Of a stretch of DNA of 64,000 nt, positions 18,849 to 27,671 are shown in pieces. Numbering within the stretch: the stretch's first letter is position 1; every line of letters begins with the position of its first letter. Origin of the DNA: Parasulfuritortus sp. (lineage in GTDB: Bacteria; Pseudomonadota; Gammaproteobacteria; Burkholderiales; Thiobacillaceae); the NCBI GenBank assembly GCA_036391875.1, contig DASVZA010000024.1:38003-102002 (forward strand), read 5' to 3'. Position numbers and translations under genes: made by a program. The notes beneath the pieces were generated by a model. That model searched no databases, was not told the origin of the DNA, and worked only from the letters and a program-made list of their open reading frames with translations.

Positions 18849-20270
18849 TTATTGCCGCATGGAGCCGGATACCATCCGGTATTCGTATAACCGACATTCC
18901 AATGGGCCGTTATAAAGCGGTATGCGGCGGTCGGCCTTGAGTCCCATGTTTTTCGGAAATTCAGGGTCGGCCGAAATGAAATAGGCCGTCCAGCCGGGAA
19001 AATGCTGTTTCATGGCGTCGCCTAGGCTGCTGTAGAAAGCGGCATCGGAGTCGAGGCGGATGCCGTAGGGCGGATTGCTGACGATCAGGCCCGAGTCTGC
19101 CGGCGCGGGGATTTCCAGGACGTCGCCTTCGCGCAGGATGACGCAGTCGAGCAGGCCTGCGGCCTTCAGGTTGATGCCGGCGGCGCGGACCATCTTGGGG
19201 TCGATGTCGCAGCCGTAGATCGGCAATTCCCGTTTTTCCTGTTGGGCGGCCTGGGCATCCTTGCGCAGCCGGGCCCATTCCACCTTGTCGAAGCTGATCA
19301 GGTTTTCAAAGGCGAAGTGCCGCTTGAGGCCCGGCGCCATGTTGAGGGCCATCATGGCGGCTTCGAGCAGGATGGTGCCGCCGCCCATCATGGGGTCCAG
19401 CAGCGGCCTGTCCGGCGTCCAGCCGGCCAGCCGCAGCAGGCCGGCCGCCAGGTTTTCGTTCAAGGGGGCCGGGGCGGGCTCGATCCGGTAGCCGCGCCGG
19501 TTCAGCGGCTCGCCGGACAGGTCGAGATAGAGGCTGTAGTTGTCCCGGTCCAGGTAGAGCAGGATCGGCACCTGGGGCGAGCGGGCGTCGACGTCGGGGC
19601 GCAACTCCAGGTCCTGGCGGAAACGGTCGCAGACCGCGTCCTTGATCTTCAGGGTGGCGAAGTTGAGGCTCTTCAGCGGGCTCGCGTGGGCGACGGTGCG
19701 AACGGCGATGGAGCGGTCCACGCCGAACCAGTCTGACCAGGGAAGCTTAAGGGTGGCCCGGTACAGGTCGTCCTCGTCCCGGTAACTGCCGGTATCGATC
19801 CGCTGCAGTACCCGGATCGCCAGGCGGCTCCACAGGTTGACCTTCCAGGCGATGGGCAATTCGCCGCTGAATTCGACACCGCCGGATGCCTCCCGGATCT
19901 CTTCGGCGCCGAGTTCGGCCAGTTCCTTGGCCGTCTCGGCTTCCAGGCCCCTCGGGCAGGCGGCGAAAAAGTGTTGCAGGCGGGCCGTTTGTGGCTTGTT
20001 CGCAATGGTGCGGCGTCGGGTGCGGCCTTCGTTCTTGTGATCCGCGTTCCTTTGTTCCGCCCCGCGTCCGGGTTTGGCCGTGGCCGGGCGCTTCTTGGCC
20101 GGCTCGGCAGCCGGCTTGGCCTGTTTGCCCTCGCTCGCTCGGGCCCGGTCGCGTTGCAGCGGACTCCAGCGTACCGGCGGGCGTTTTTTGCCCTGTCCGG
20201 GCGCGCCGGGCTCAGCCTCCTTGGTCTTCAGGCGGATGGTTTTGCGTTGCGGCTTGGGGTTGTCGGACAC
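18849..20270 (-). CDS. rlmL: THUMP-domain class I SAM-dependent RNA methyltransferase (RlmL-like)
   Basis: FFAACPRGLE, NLWSRLA, LNRRGYR, APLNENLAA, NPPYG; about 90-aa basic N-terminal extension. Confidence 0.8.
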   Translation of the reverse strand: MSDNPKPQRKTIRLKTKEAEPGAPGQGKKRPPVRWSPLQRDRARASEGKQAKPAAEPAKKRPATAKPGRGAEQRNADHKNEGRTRRRTIANKPQTARLQHFFAACPRGLEAETAKELAELGAEEIREASGGVEFSGELPIAWKVNLWSRLAIRVLQRIDTGSYRDEDDLYRATLKLPWSDWFGVDRSIAVRTVAHASPLKSLNFATLKIKDAVCDRFRQDLELRPDVDARSPQVPILLYLDRDNYSLYLDLSGEPLNRRGYRIEPAPAPLNENLAAGLLRLAGWTPDRPLLDPMMGGGTILLEAAMMALNMAPGLKRHFAFENLISFDKVEWARLRKDAQAAQQEKRELPIYGCDIDPKMVRAAGINLKAAGLLDCVILREGDVLEIPAPADSGLIVSNPPYGIRLDSDAAFYSSLGDAMKQHFPGWTAYFISADPEFPKNMGLKADRRIPLYNGPLECRLYEYRMVSGSMRQ

Positions 20271-20290
20271 GTTTGCTTCCTGTGATGCGT

Positions 20291-20824
20291 TCAGCGGGGT
20301 GAGTGGCTGGTTTCATCCAGCAGCTTTTCCATGACCCGCCGGTAGTAGAAGTAGTCCATCTCGGGGCAGGGGGCGCCGAGCCGGGTGGCGACGGCCGAGA
20401 TCTGGCCGCGGTGATGGATGTAGTGGTCGAAAAGGTGGCTGAGCACGTCCCGGACCCACATGGTCCATTCCTTGCCGTCGCCGCTCCGGAAGCGGATTTC
20501 GTCCTCGAAAAAGGCCTCCGGCTGCGACTCGAGCCAGTCCTGCAGGTGCCGGGTCTCGTGGCGCATGGCGTTCTGCAATTCGCGCCAGACCGGATGCTGG
20601 ATTTCCCGGAAGTTCACCTGCAGGCTGTTTCCCTGCAGCCGGGCGAGCCAGACCTGGCTGACTGCCAGGATGTGGTCGACGGTATGGTGGATGCTGCCGA
20701 AGAACAGGCCCTCGTCCCGGGTCAGGGTTTCCGGCTTGAGGTGGCTGAGCGATTCGAACAAGACGTTGTTGGCCCAGTTCTGGTAGTCCGCCTGGACGAC
20801 GAAATAGTTTTTCCAACTGTACAT
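20291..20824 (-). CDS. DinB family protein
   Basis: YQNWAN, FFGSIHHTVDHI, HYIHHRGQ His pattern. Confidence 0.85.
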   Translation of the reverse strand: MYSWKNYFVVQADYQNWANNVLFESLSHLKPETLTRDEGLFFGSIHHTVDHILAVSQVWLARLQGNSLQVNFREIQHPVWRELQNAMRHETRHLQDWLESQPEAFFEDEIRFRSGDGKEWTMWVRDVLSHLFDHYIHHRGQISAVATRLGAPCPEMDYFYYRRVMEKLLDETSHSPR

Positions 20825-20836
20825 TCCGGGCTCCTT

Positions 20837-21865
20837 TCAGGGCACGACCGTCGCTTGCATCGACTTGTCCAGCCATTCGACACGGGCGGCCATGGTCTGG
20901 GTCATGCTGGCCTGGCCCGAGGCGTCGATCCGCAGGACTTCGGTGATTCCGACTTTCTTCGCCATCTCACGCCATTCCGTTCTGCCGCCAATGAAGATCG
21001 GCTTGCTGGCTTCGTCCGAGATGGTGCCGGCGTGGGGGCCGTGGGCGATGATGGTCACCGCCTGGGTGTCCTGCACCGGCCAGCCGGTGCGCGGGTCGAT
21101 CAGGTGGCAATAGCGTACGCCGTTCAGCATGAAGTAGCGCTGGTAATCGCCGGAGGTGCCGATCGCCTCGCCGTCATTCAGTTCCAGGGTGGCGATGGCG
21201 CCGGCCTGGCGCGGGTGCTGGATGCCCACCTTCCAGGGCCGGTCGTCGTGCTGGCCCAGGGCGATGATGTTGCCGCCGATGTTGATCAGGGCGTTCTTGA
21301 CGCCCTGGCTGCGCAGGTAGTTGGCGGCGTCGTCCAGGGCATAGCCCTTGGCGTAGCCGCCCAGGTCGATGCGCACCGCGGGGTTGTCGCAATGGAACTG
21401 CGTGCCCTTGATGACCAGGTCGCTCATGCGCGGGGCGGCCTTCACCAGCTTGGCGATCTCGGCCTTGTCCGGCATGTGCGGCACGAAGGTATCCGACTGG
21501 AAGCCCCAGAGCCGGATCAGGTTGCCGATGGCCGGGTTGAACAGGTTGTCGCCCTGAGCGGCGTAATGCGAGGCGTCCGTCAGGATCGCGGCAAGCTCGG
21601 GCGACATCGTGCCGCTGACCGGGGCATGTTCGAGCTGCTGGTTGAGGCGGGACAGGTCGCTCGGCTGCCAGGCATGCAACTCGCGGTTGAGCCGGTCGAA
21701 TTCGGCCAGGATGTGGTCGGTGACCTGCCGGGCCTTGTCCTCCGGTTCGTCGGCGATGGTGATGTCGACCAGGGTGCCGAAGACGTAGGACTGTTGCCTG
21801 TATACCGGCGGATGGCCGCAGCCGGCCAAGAGCAGGAGCAGGAGGAAACCGGCGATCAGGCGCAT
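20837..21865 (-). CDS. apbE: FAD:protein FMN transferase ApbE (lipoprotein)
   Basis: Lipobox LAGC; FGTLV, IDLGGYAKGYA, GTSGDYQR, HLIDPRTG; real start 21865, not the long ORF start. Confidence 0.9.
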   Translation of the reverse strand: MRLIAGFLLLLLLAGCGHPPVYRQQSYVFGTLVDITIADEPEDKARQVTDHILAEFDRLNRELHAWQPSDLSRLNQQLEHAPVSGTMSPELAAILTDASHYAAQGDNLFNPAIGNLIRLWGFQSDTFVPHMPDKAEIAKLVKAAPRMSDLVIKGTQFHCDNPAVRIDLGGYAKGYALDDAANYLRSQGVKNALINIGGNIIALGQHDDRPWKVGIQHPRQAGAIATLELNDGEAIGTSGDYQRYFMLNGVRYCHLIDPRTGWPVQDTQAVTIIAHGPHAGTISDEASKPIFIGGRTEWREMAKKVGITEVLRIDASGQASMTQTMAARVEWLDKSMQATVVP

Positions 21866-22797
21866 TGCCGCTCCAGTGCGTCGAGGAATAGGGCGGCCAC
21901 GTCGCAGCCGGTCTGGTCGGTGATCTCGCGGAAACAGGTCGGGCTGGTGACGTTGACCTCGGTCAGCCAGTCGCCGATCACGTCCAGGCCGACCAGCAGC
22001 AGTCCCTCGTCCTTCAGCTGCGGGCCGAGCGCGGCGGCGATTTCGCGGTCGCGTTCGGTCAGCGGCCGGGCCACGCCGGTGCCGCCCGCCGCCAGGTTGC
22101 CGCGGGTCTCGCCCGGGGCCGGGATGCGGGCCAGGGAATAGGGCACCGGCTCGCCATCGATCAGCAGGATGCGCTTGTCGCCGTCCGCGATCTCGGGGAT
22201 GTAGCGCTGGGCCATGACCTGGCGGCTGCCGAGCCCGGTCACCGTTTCCAGGATGGCGCCCAGGTTGGGGTCGTCGGTGCGCAGGCGGAAGATGCCGCTG
22301 CCGCCCATGGCGTTGAGCGGTTTCACGACGATGTCGCCATGCTCGGCCAGGAAGGCGCGTATTTCGCCGGCCAGGCAGGTCACCAGGGTCGGCACGGTGA
22401 ACCGAGGGAAGCGGCCGATGGCCAGCTTTTCGTTGTAGTCGCGCAGGGCGCGCGGCCGGTTGAATACCCGGGCACCGTCCCGTTCGGCCATCTCCAGCAG
22501 GTAGGTGGTGTTGAGGTAGGACTCGTCGAAGGGCGGGTCCTTGCGCATGAGCACGGCGTCGAATCCGGCCAGCGGCCGCCATTCGGATTCGGCGGCGCTG
22601 AACCAGTCCGGGCTGCGGCCGGTCAGGCCGATGCGGCGGGTCGAACCCAGCACCTTGCCGCCGCGCCAGACCAGGTCGGCCGGCTCGCAGGCGTGGATGC
22701 CATGGCCGCGGCGCACCGCCTCGGCCATCATGGCGTAGGTCGAGTCCTTGTAGACCTTGAAGCCGGCCAGCGGGTCGGCGACGAACAGGATATCCAT
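21856..22797 (-). CDS. gshB: Glutathione synthetase
   Basis: KDSTYAMM, MRKDPPFD, NEKL, RGNLAAGG, EVNVTSPT. Confidence 0.96.
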   Translation of the reverse strand: MDILFVADPLAGFKVYKDSTYAMMAEAVRRGHGIHACEPADLVWRGGKVLGSTRRIGLTGRSPDWFSAAESEWRPLAGFDAVLMRKDPPFDESYLNTTYLLEMAERDGARVFNRPRALRDYNEKLAIGRFPRFTVPTLVTCLAGEIRAFLAEHGDIVVKPLNAMGGSGIFRLRTDDPNLGAILETVTGLGSRQVMAQRYIPEIADGDKRILLIDGEPVPYSLARIPAPGETRGNLAAGGTGVARPLTERDREIAAALGPQLKDEGLLLVGLDVIGDWLTEVNVTSPTCFREITDQTGCDVAALFLDALERQCA

Positions 22798-22825
22798 CAG
22801 CGGGCGGTTCGGGACGGCAGGGCGG

Positions 22826-24127
22826 TCATAGCTTGACCTCGGGGTGGAACTCGGGATCCGTGTCTTCCAGTTCGATCGCCGCGGCCAGGGCCGCCAGGCG
22901 GGCCAGCACGCCGTAGGTGTAGAAGCGGTTCACCGGCGCATCCGGGCGGGCGCTGGCGTCGGGCAGCATGCAGGCCTGGTCGAAGGCCAGCGGCACGAAG
23001 TGCATGCCGGGGGCATTGAGGTTCTCGTCGACGCCGCGGCTGGTATGCACCCGGTAGAAGCCGCCGACCACGAAGTGGTCGATCATGTAGACCACCGGCT
23101 CGGCCACGGCATCGTTGATCGACTCGAAGCTGTAGACGCCTTCCTGGACCAGCACCTGGTCGACCGCCAGGCCTTCCTTCACCACCGCCATCTTGTTGCG
23201 GGTCTTGCGGTTGAGGTCGCGCACGTCGTCCGGGCTCTTGGCGGTCATGATGCCCATGCCGTAGGTGCCGGCGTCGGCCTTGACGATGACGAAGGGCTCC
23301 TTGTCGATGCCATATTCCCGGTATTTCAGCTTGATCCGCTTGAGCATCTCGTCGACGTGGGAGGCCAGGCACTCCTCGCCGTCGCGGGCCTGGAAATCGA
23401 CCTCGCCGCAGACGGCGTAATAGGGGTCGATCAGCCAGGGATCCATGCCGATCACCTGGCCGAAGGCCTCGGCCAGCTCGGCATAGGCCTTGAAATGGTT
23501 CGACTTGCGCCGCACCGCCCAGCCGGCATGCAGCGGCGGCAGCACCGTCTGGTCCGGGTCGATGCCTTTCAGGATGTCCGGGATGCCGCCCGACAGGTCG
23601 TTGTTGAGCAGCACGGCACAGGGGTTGAAGCCGTCGACGGTGAGGCGGTTGCCTTCCCGTTTGACCGGTTCCAGCTTGAGCACGCCGCCGTCCGGCAGGT
23701 CCAGGATCATGGGTTCCTTGAGGTCCGGGATCAGGCTGCCGATGCGGACCGTGATGCCGGTCTTGCGGATGATCTCGGCCAGGGCCGCCACGTTCTGCAG
23801 GTAATAGGCGTTGCGGGTGTGGTTCTCGGGGATGAGCAGGAAGCGCTGGGCCGCCGAGCACATCTTCTCCACGGTCACCTGGGCGGCCTGCACGGCCAGG
23901 GGCATGAAGGCCGGGTTCAGGTTGTTGAAGCCGCCCGGGAACAGGTTGGTGTCCACCGGCGCCAGCTTGAAGCCGGCGTTGCGCAGGTCGACCGAGGAAT
24001 AGAACGGCGTGGCGTGCTCCTGCCATTGCGTGCGGAACCAGTGCTCGATGGCCGGTTGCGCGGCGATGACGTGCTTTTCCAGGTCCAGCAGGGGTCCGGT
24101 CAGGGCGGTGGTAAGGTGGGGAACCAT
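22826..24127 (-). CDS. gshA: Glutamate-cysteine ligase (betaproteobacterial type)
   Basis: FYSSVDLRNAGFKLAPVDTNLFPGGFNNL, KADAGTYGMG; upstream of gshB. Confidence 0.93.
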   Translation of the reverse strand: MVPHLTTALTGPLLDLEKHVIAAQPAIEHWFRTQWQEHATPFYSSVDLRNAGFKLAPVDTNLFPGGFNNLNPAFMPLAVQAAQVTVEKMCSAAQRFLLIPENHTRNAYYLQNVAALAEIIRKTGITVRIGSLIPDLKEPMILDLPDGGVLKLEPVKREGNRLTVDGFNPCAVLLNNDLSGGIPDILKGIDPDQTVLPPLHAGWAVRRKSNHFKAYAELAEAFGQVIGMDPWLIDPYYAVCGEVDFQARDGEECLASHVDEMLKRIKLKYREYGIDKEPFVIVKADAGTYGMGIMTAKSPDDVRDLNRKTRNKMAVVKEGLAVDQVLVQEGVYSFESINDAVAEPVVYMIDHFVVGGFYRVHTSRGVDENLNAPGMHFVPLAFDQACMLPDASARPDAPVNRFYTYGVLARLAALAAAIELEDTDPEFHPEVKL

Positions 24128-24183
24128 GATTACTCGTTAAAATGCCTTCTTCTGATTGTAATGCAAGGCAGGCTGTCGCTCCC

Positions 24184-24645
24184 GTGTTCCATATCGTCCT
24201 GTTCCAACCCGAGATTCCGCCCAATACCGGCAACATCATCCGGTTGACCGCCAACACCGGCTGTCGGTTGCATCTGGTCAAGCCGCTCGGCTTCGATCTG
24301 AGCGACAAGCAGATGCGGCGCGCCGGCCTGGACTACCACGAGTACGTCAACGTCCAGGTCCACGACAGCTGGGACGAGATCAAGGCGGCTTTGCCGCAGA
24401 CCCGCTATGCCTTCACCACCAAGGCGTCACATTCCTTCGCGGAGGCCGCATTCAAGCCGGGCGACGTGTTCGTGTTCGGCCCGGAAACCCGCGGACTGCC
24501 CGACGAAGTGCTGGCCGATTTCCGGCCCGAGCACCGCTTGCGGTTGCCGATGCGGCCGGGACAACGCAGCCTGAACCTGTCCAATGCGGCGGCGGTGGCG
24601 GTGTTCGAGGCCTGGCGGCAGAACGGCTACGAAGGCGGGATGTGA
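24184..24645 (+). CDS. trmL: tRNA (cytidine/uridine-34-2'-O)-methyltransferase
   Basis: PEIPPNTGN, RAGLDY, FGPETRGL, RSLNLSN SPOUT motifs; GTG start 24184. Confidence 0.93.
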   Translation: MFHIVLFQPEIPPNTGNIIRLTANTGCRLHLVKPLGFDLSDKQMRRAGLDYHEYVNVQVHDSWDEIKAALPQTRYAFTTKASHSFAEAAFKPGDVFVFGPETRGLPDEVLADFRPEHRLRLPMRPGQRSLNLSNAAAVAVFEAWRQNGYEGGM

Positions 24646-24694
24646 CGGCCGATGCTTCGGACCGGCCCGGTTTGAGGCCAGATCGGGCGAAGTG

Positions 24695-25675
24695 CTATTC
24701 GTCCTTGATTTCCCGATTCAACAAGGCGGCCACCGCCTCCTTGGGCGGCAGTTCCTGATCCAGGATCGCCCGCACCGCCTCGGTGATCGGCATCTCCACG
24801 CCCAGTTCGCGCGCCAGGCGGGCCACTTCGCGGGCCGTGGTGACGCCCTCGGCGACGTGGCCGAGTTCGCGCAGGATACCTTCCAGGCTTTCGCCCCGGG
24901 CCAGCTTGAGACCGACCCGGCGGTTGCGGGAGAGGTCGCCGGTGCAGGTCAGGATCAGGTCGCCCATGCCGGACAGGCCCATGAAGGTGTCCTGGCGGCC
25001 GCCCAGGCGCAGGCCCAGCCGGCTGGTTTCGGCCAGGCCCCGGGTGATCAGCGCGGCGCGGGCGTTGAGGCCGAAACCGAGGCCGTCGGAGATGCCGGCG
25101 GCGATGGCGATGACGTTCTTGATCGCGCCGCCGACCTCGACCCCGGGCAGGTCATGGCTGGAATAGAGGCGCAGATGGGGCCGATGCAGGTCGTGCGCGG
25201 CCTGGCGCGCGAACTCGGCGTCGAGCGAGGCGACCGTGAGCGCGGCCGGCTGGCCGGCTGCGACCTCCTGGGCGAAGCTGGGCCCGGACAGGATGGCCGC
25301 GGCCGGGTGATCGGGCCATTCCTCCGCCAGCACCTCGTGGCTCAGCTTCATGGTGCCGGTTTCGAAGCCCTTGCAGAGCCAGACCAGGGGCGAGCCGATG
25401 CCGGCCTGGCGCAACTGGCGCAGCAGGTCGCGGAAGCCGGAGGTGGGCACGGCCGCGATCAGGTAGTCCGCGTCATGAGCGGCTGCGGCCAGGTCGGACG
25501 TGATGCCGAGACCGCCCAGGGCGAAGCCCGGTAGGTAGCGGTCGTTGACGCCGTCCCGGGCCATCTGCGCGGCATGCTCCGGATTGCGGGTCCAGAGCCG
25601 GACTTCGGCGCCGTCGGCCAGATGGATGGCCAGGGCGGTGCCCCAGGCGCCGGCTCCGAGCACCGCGATCTTCAT
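24695..25675 (-). CDS. gpsA: NAD(P)H-dependent glycerol-3-phosphate dehydrogenase
   Basis: [30 protein letters not shown]. Confidence 0.95.
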   Translation of the reverse strand: MKIAVLGAGAWGTALAIHLADGAEVRLWTRNPEHAAQMARDGVNDRYLPGFALGGLGITSDLAAAAHDADYLIAAVPTSGFRDLLRQLRQAGIGSPLVWLCKGFETGTMKLSHEVLAEEWPDHPAAAILSGPSFAQEVAAGQPAALTVASLDAEFARQAAHDLHRPHLRLYSSHDLPGVEVGGAIKNVIAIAAGISDGLGFGLNARAALITRGLAETSRLGLRLGGRQDTFMGLSGMGDLILTCTGDLSRNRRVGLKLARGESLEGILRELGHVAEGVTTAREVARLARELGVEMPITEAVRAILDQELPPKEAVAALLNREIKDE

Positions 25676-25682
25676 GGCCGGG

Positions 25683-26153
25683 TCAGTTCGGCTGCTGCTT
25701 GGCCTGCGCTTCGGCCTGGGCACGCTGCTGGAGGTACATGGCCTCGAAGTTGACCGGCTGCAGGTAGAGGGCAGGGAAGCCGGCGCGGGTGACGGCCTCG
25801 GACACCGTTTCCCGCAGGTAGGGGAACAGGATGTTCGGGCAGCCGACCGCCAGCATGGGCTCCATCGCTTCCTGGGGCACGTTCTGCATGCGGAAGATGC
25901 CGGCCTGATGGGCTTCGACCAGGAACGCGGTCTTGTCGCCGATCTTGGCGTTGACCACGGCGACCAGCACGGTCTGGTAGATGCCGTTGTCGATGGCCTC
26001 GCTCTGGTTGCGGAGCTGCACGTCGATCTGGGGAGCGTTCTGTTCCAGGAAGATCTGCGGGGCGTTGGGCACTTCCACCGACAGGTCCTTCAGGTAGATC
26101 TTCTCGATGCTGAAGACGACGCCTTCGATTTGCTGCTGCTCTTGATCGCTCAT
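25683..26153 (-). CDS. secB: Protein-export chaperone SecB
   Basis: [34 protein letters not shown]. Confidence 0.96.
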   Translation of the reverse strand: MSDQEQQQIEGVVFSIEKIYLKDLSVEVPNAPQIFLEQNAPQIDVQLRNQSEAIDNGIYQTVLVAVVNAKIGDKTAFLVEAHQAGIFRMQNVPQEAMEPMLAVGCPNILFPYLRETVSEAVTRAGFPALYLQPVNFEAMYLQQRAQAEAQAKQQPN

Positions 26154-26221
26154 TTGACGTTCCAGGTTGGAGGTAGGGAAAGCGGCCCATTATAGCCGCT
26201 TCGAGTTGACGGTTTTGTGGC

Positions 26222-26644
26222 TTACAAATGTTGTCTCAGCCAGGCGGCCAGCTGCGGACCGGGCAGGGCGCCGGATACCCGGTCCACCTCGCGGCCATTC
26301 TTGAACAAGGCCAGGGTGGGGATGCTGCGGATGTTGTGGCGCGCAGCCAGGCCTTGCTCGGCCTCGGTGTCGACCTTGACGAAGCGCACTTGGCCGACGT
26401 ACTGGCCGGCGGCCTGGGCGAAGGTGGGGGCGAACTGCTTGCAGGGGCCGCACCAGGGCGCCCAGAAGTCGACCAGCACGGGCAGGCCGTCACGGGTGAC
26501 GAAGCGGTCGAAATCGGCGGCGGTCAGTTCGATCGGCGCAGGCGGCAGCACGGGCTTGGCGCACTTGCCGCATTTGGGGCGGTCGCCGAGCCGTTCGGCG
26601 GGGACCCGGTTGACGGCCCCGCAGTGAGGGCAGACCAGTTCCAT
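26222..26644 (-). CDS. trxC: Thioredoxin 2 (Zn-finger N-terminus)
   Basis: CPHC..CGKC plus WCGPC. Confidence 0.92.
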   Translation of the reverse strand: MELVCPHCGAVNRVPAERLGDRPKCGKCAKPVLPPAPIELTAADFDRFVTRDGLPVLVDFWAPWCGPCKQFAPTFAQAAGQYVGQVRFVKVDTEAEQGLAARHNIRSIPTLALFKNGREVDRVSGALPGPQLAAWLRQHL

Positions 26645-26713
26645 GATGGACTCCTGAAAATGCGATCAGGAGTGAAATGGCGCCTGGCCGCCGGATTTCA
26701 AGCCGGCCGTGCT

Positions 26714-26971
26714 TTAGGCCGCGAGGAGGGGATCCAGCTCGCCGCCGGCATCGAGTGCCGACAGGTCGTCGAAGCCGCCGACATGGTGGTCGCCGATGAA
26801 GATCTGCGGCACGGTGCGGCGGCCGGTGATCTCGATCATGGTGTCGCGCTGGGCCGGGTCGAGGTCGATGCGGATCTTCTCAATCTCGGTCACGCCCTTC
26901 TTGTTGAGCAGGCGCTCGGCCATCTGGCAGTAGGGGCAGACCGCGGTGCAGTACATCTTCACGTGGGGCAT
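26714..26971 (-). CDS. grxC: Glutaredoxin 3
   Basis: CPYC, TVPQIFIG, GGFDDL. Confidence 0.95.
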   Translation of the reverse strand: MPHVKMYCTAVCPYCQMAERLLNKKGVTEIEKIRIDLDPAQRDTMIEITGRRTVPQIFIGDHHVGGFDDLSALDAGGELDPLLAA

Positions 26972-26972
26972 A

Positions 26973-27380
26973 TCACTTCTCCTTGGGGAAGCCGGCTTGT
27001 TCCCAGGCCGAGATGCCGCCGGCCAGGTTGCTGACGTTTGCGAAGCCCGCCTTGCGCAGCATGCTGCAGGCGTGGCCGGAACGGCTGCCGCTGCGGCAGA
27101 CGGCCACGATCTGCTTGTCCTTGTACTTCTCCAGCTCGGACAGTCGCTTGCTCAACTGGCCGAGCGGGATGTGCTTGGATTTCGGGATGTGGCCGTCGGT
27201 GAACTCCGAGTCTTCCCGCACGTCGAGCATCAGCGCGTCGTGATTGAACAGCATCACCGCTTCCTGCGGGCCGACCTGTTTCACGCCCGACAGACGGCCC
27301 ATCAAGCCGCCGCTGAACAGCATGAAGCCGGATACCAGCGTGAGCAGCACCAGCCAGATGTTTTGTTGGACGAACTCCAT
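26973..27380 (-). CDS. Membrane-anchored rhodanese-like protein (YibN-like)
   Basis: N-terminal TM helix, LDVRE, active-site CRSGSRS. Confidence 0.88.
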   Translation of the reverse strand: MEFVQQNIWLVLLTLVSGFMLFSGGLMGRLSGVKQVGPQEAVMLFNHDALMLDVREDSEFTDGHIPKSKHIPLGQLSKRLSELEKYKDKQIVAVCRSGSRSGHACSMLRKAGFANVSNLAGGISAWEQAGFPKEK

Positions 27381-27421
27381 CCCGTTACCTCAATGCAATT
27401 CCGAAGGAAGTCGATTCTACC

Positions 27422-27649
27422 TTAGCCGCAGCAGGAGCCGTTGCCGGACTTGAGGCCCAGCTTCTTGAACAGGAACTCGGGCGGGCAGAAGCCGGTGACT
27501 CCCGACTGCAGCAGGTTGAGGCCGATGAAGGCGGTGAACCAGAGCCAGGACAGCTTGCCCAGGTCGACCTGGCCGAAGGCGTGGGCCAGGGCCAGGGACA
27601 GCAGGATCATGACGCCGGCCAGGAGGCGGATAGCGCGTTCGACGGTCAT
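27422..27649 (-). CDS. DUF2892 (YgaP-like) two-TM membrane protein
   Basis: VERAIRLLAG, GLNLLQSGVTGFCP; C-terminal SCCG. Confidence 0.82.
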   Translation of the reverse strand: MTVERAIRLLAGVMILLSLALAHAFGQVDLGKLSWLWFTAFIGLNLLQSGVTGFCPPEFLFKKLGLKSGNGSCCG

Positions 27650-27671
27650 TGGATTGCTCCTTTCGAAAAAG

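Noticed and set aside
21866-22582. Upstream extension of the ApbE ORF (581 aa in the track)
   Set aside because: Overlaps gshB in another frame; the real lipoprotein starts at 21865
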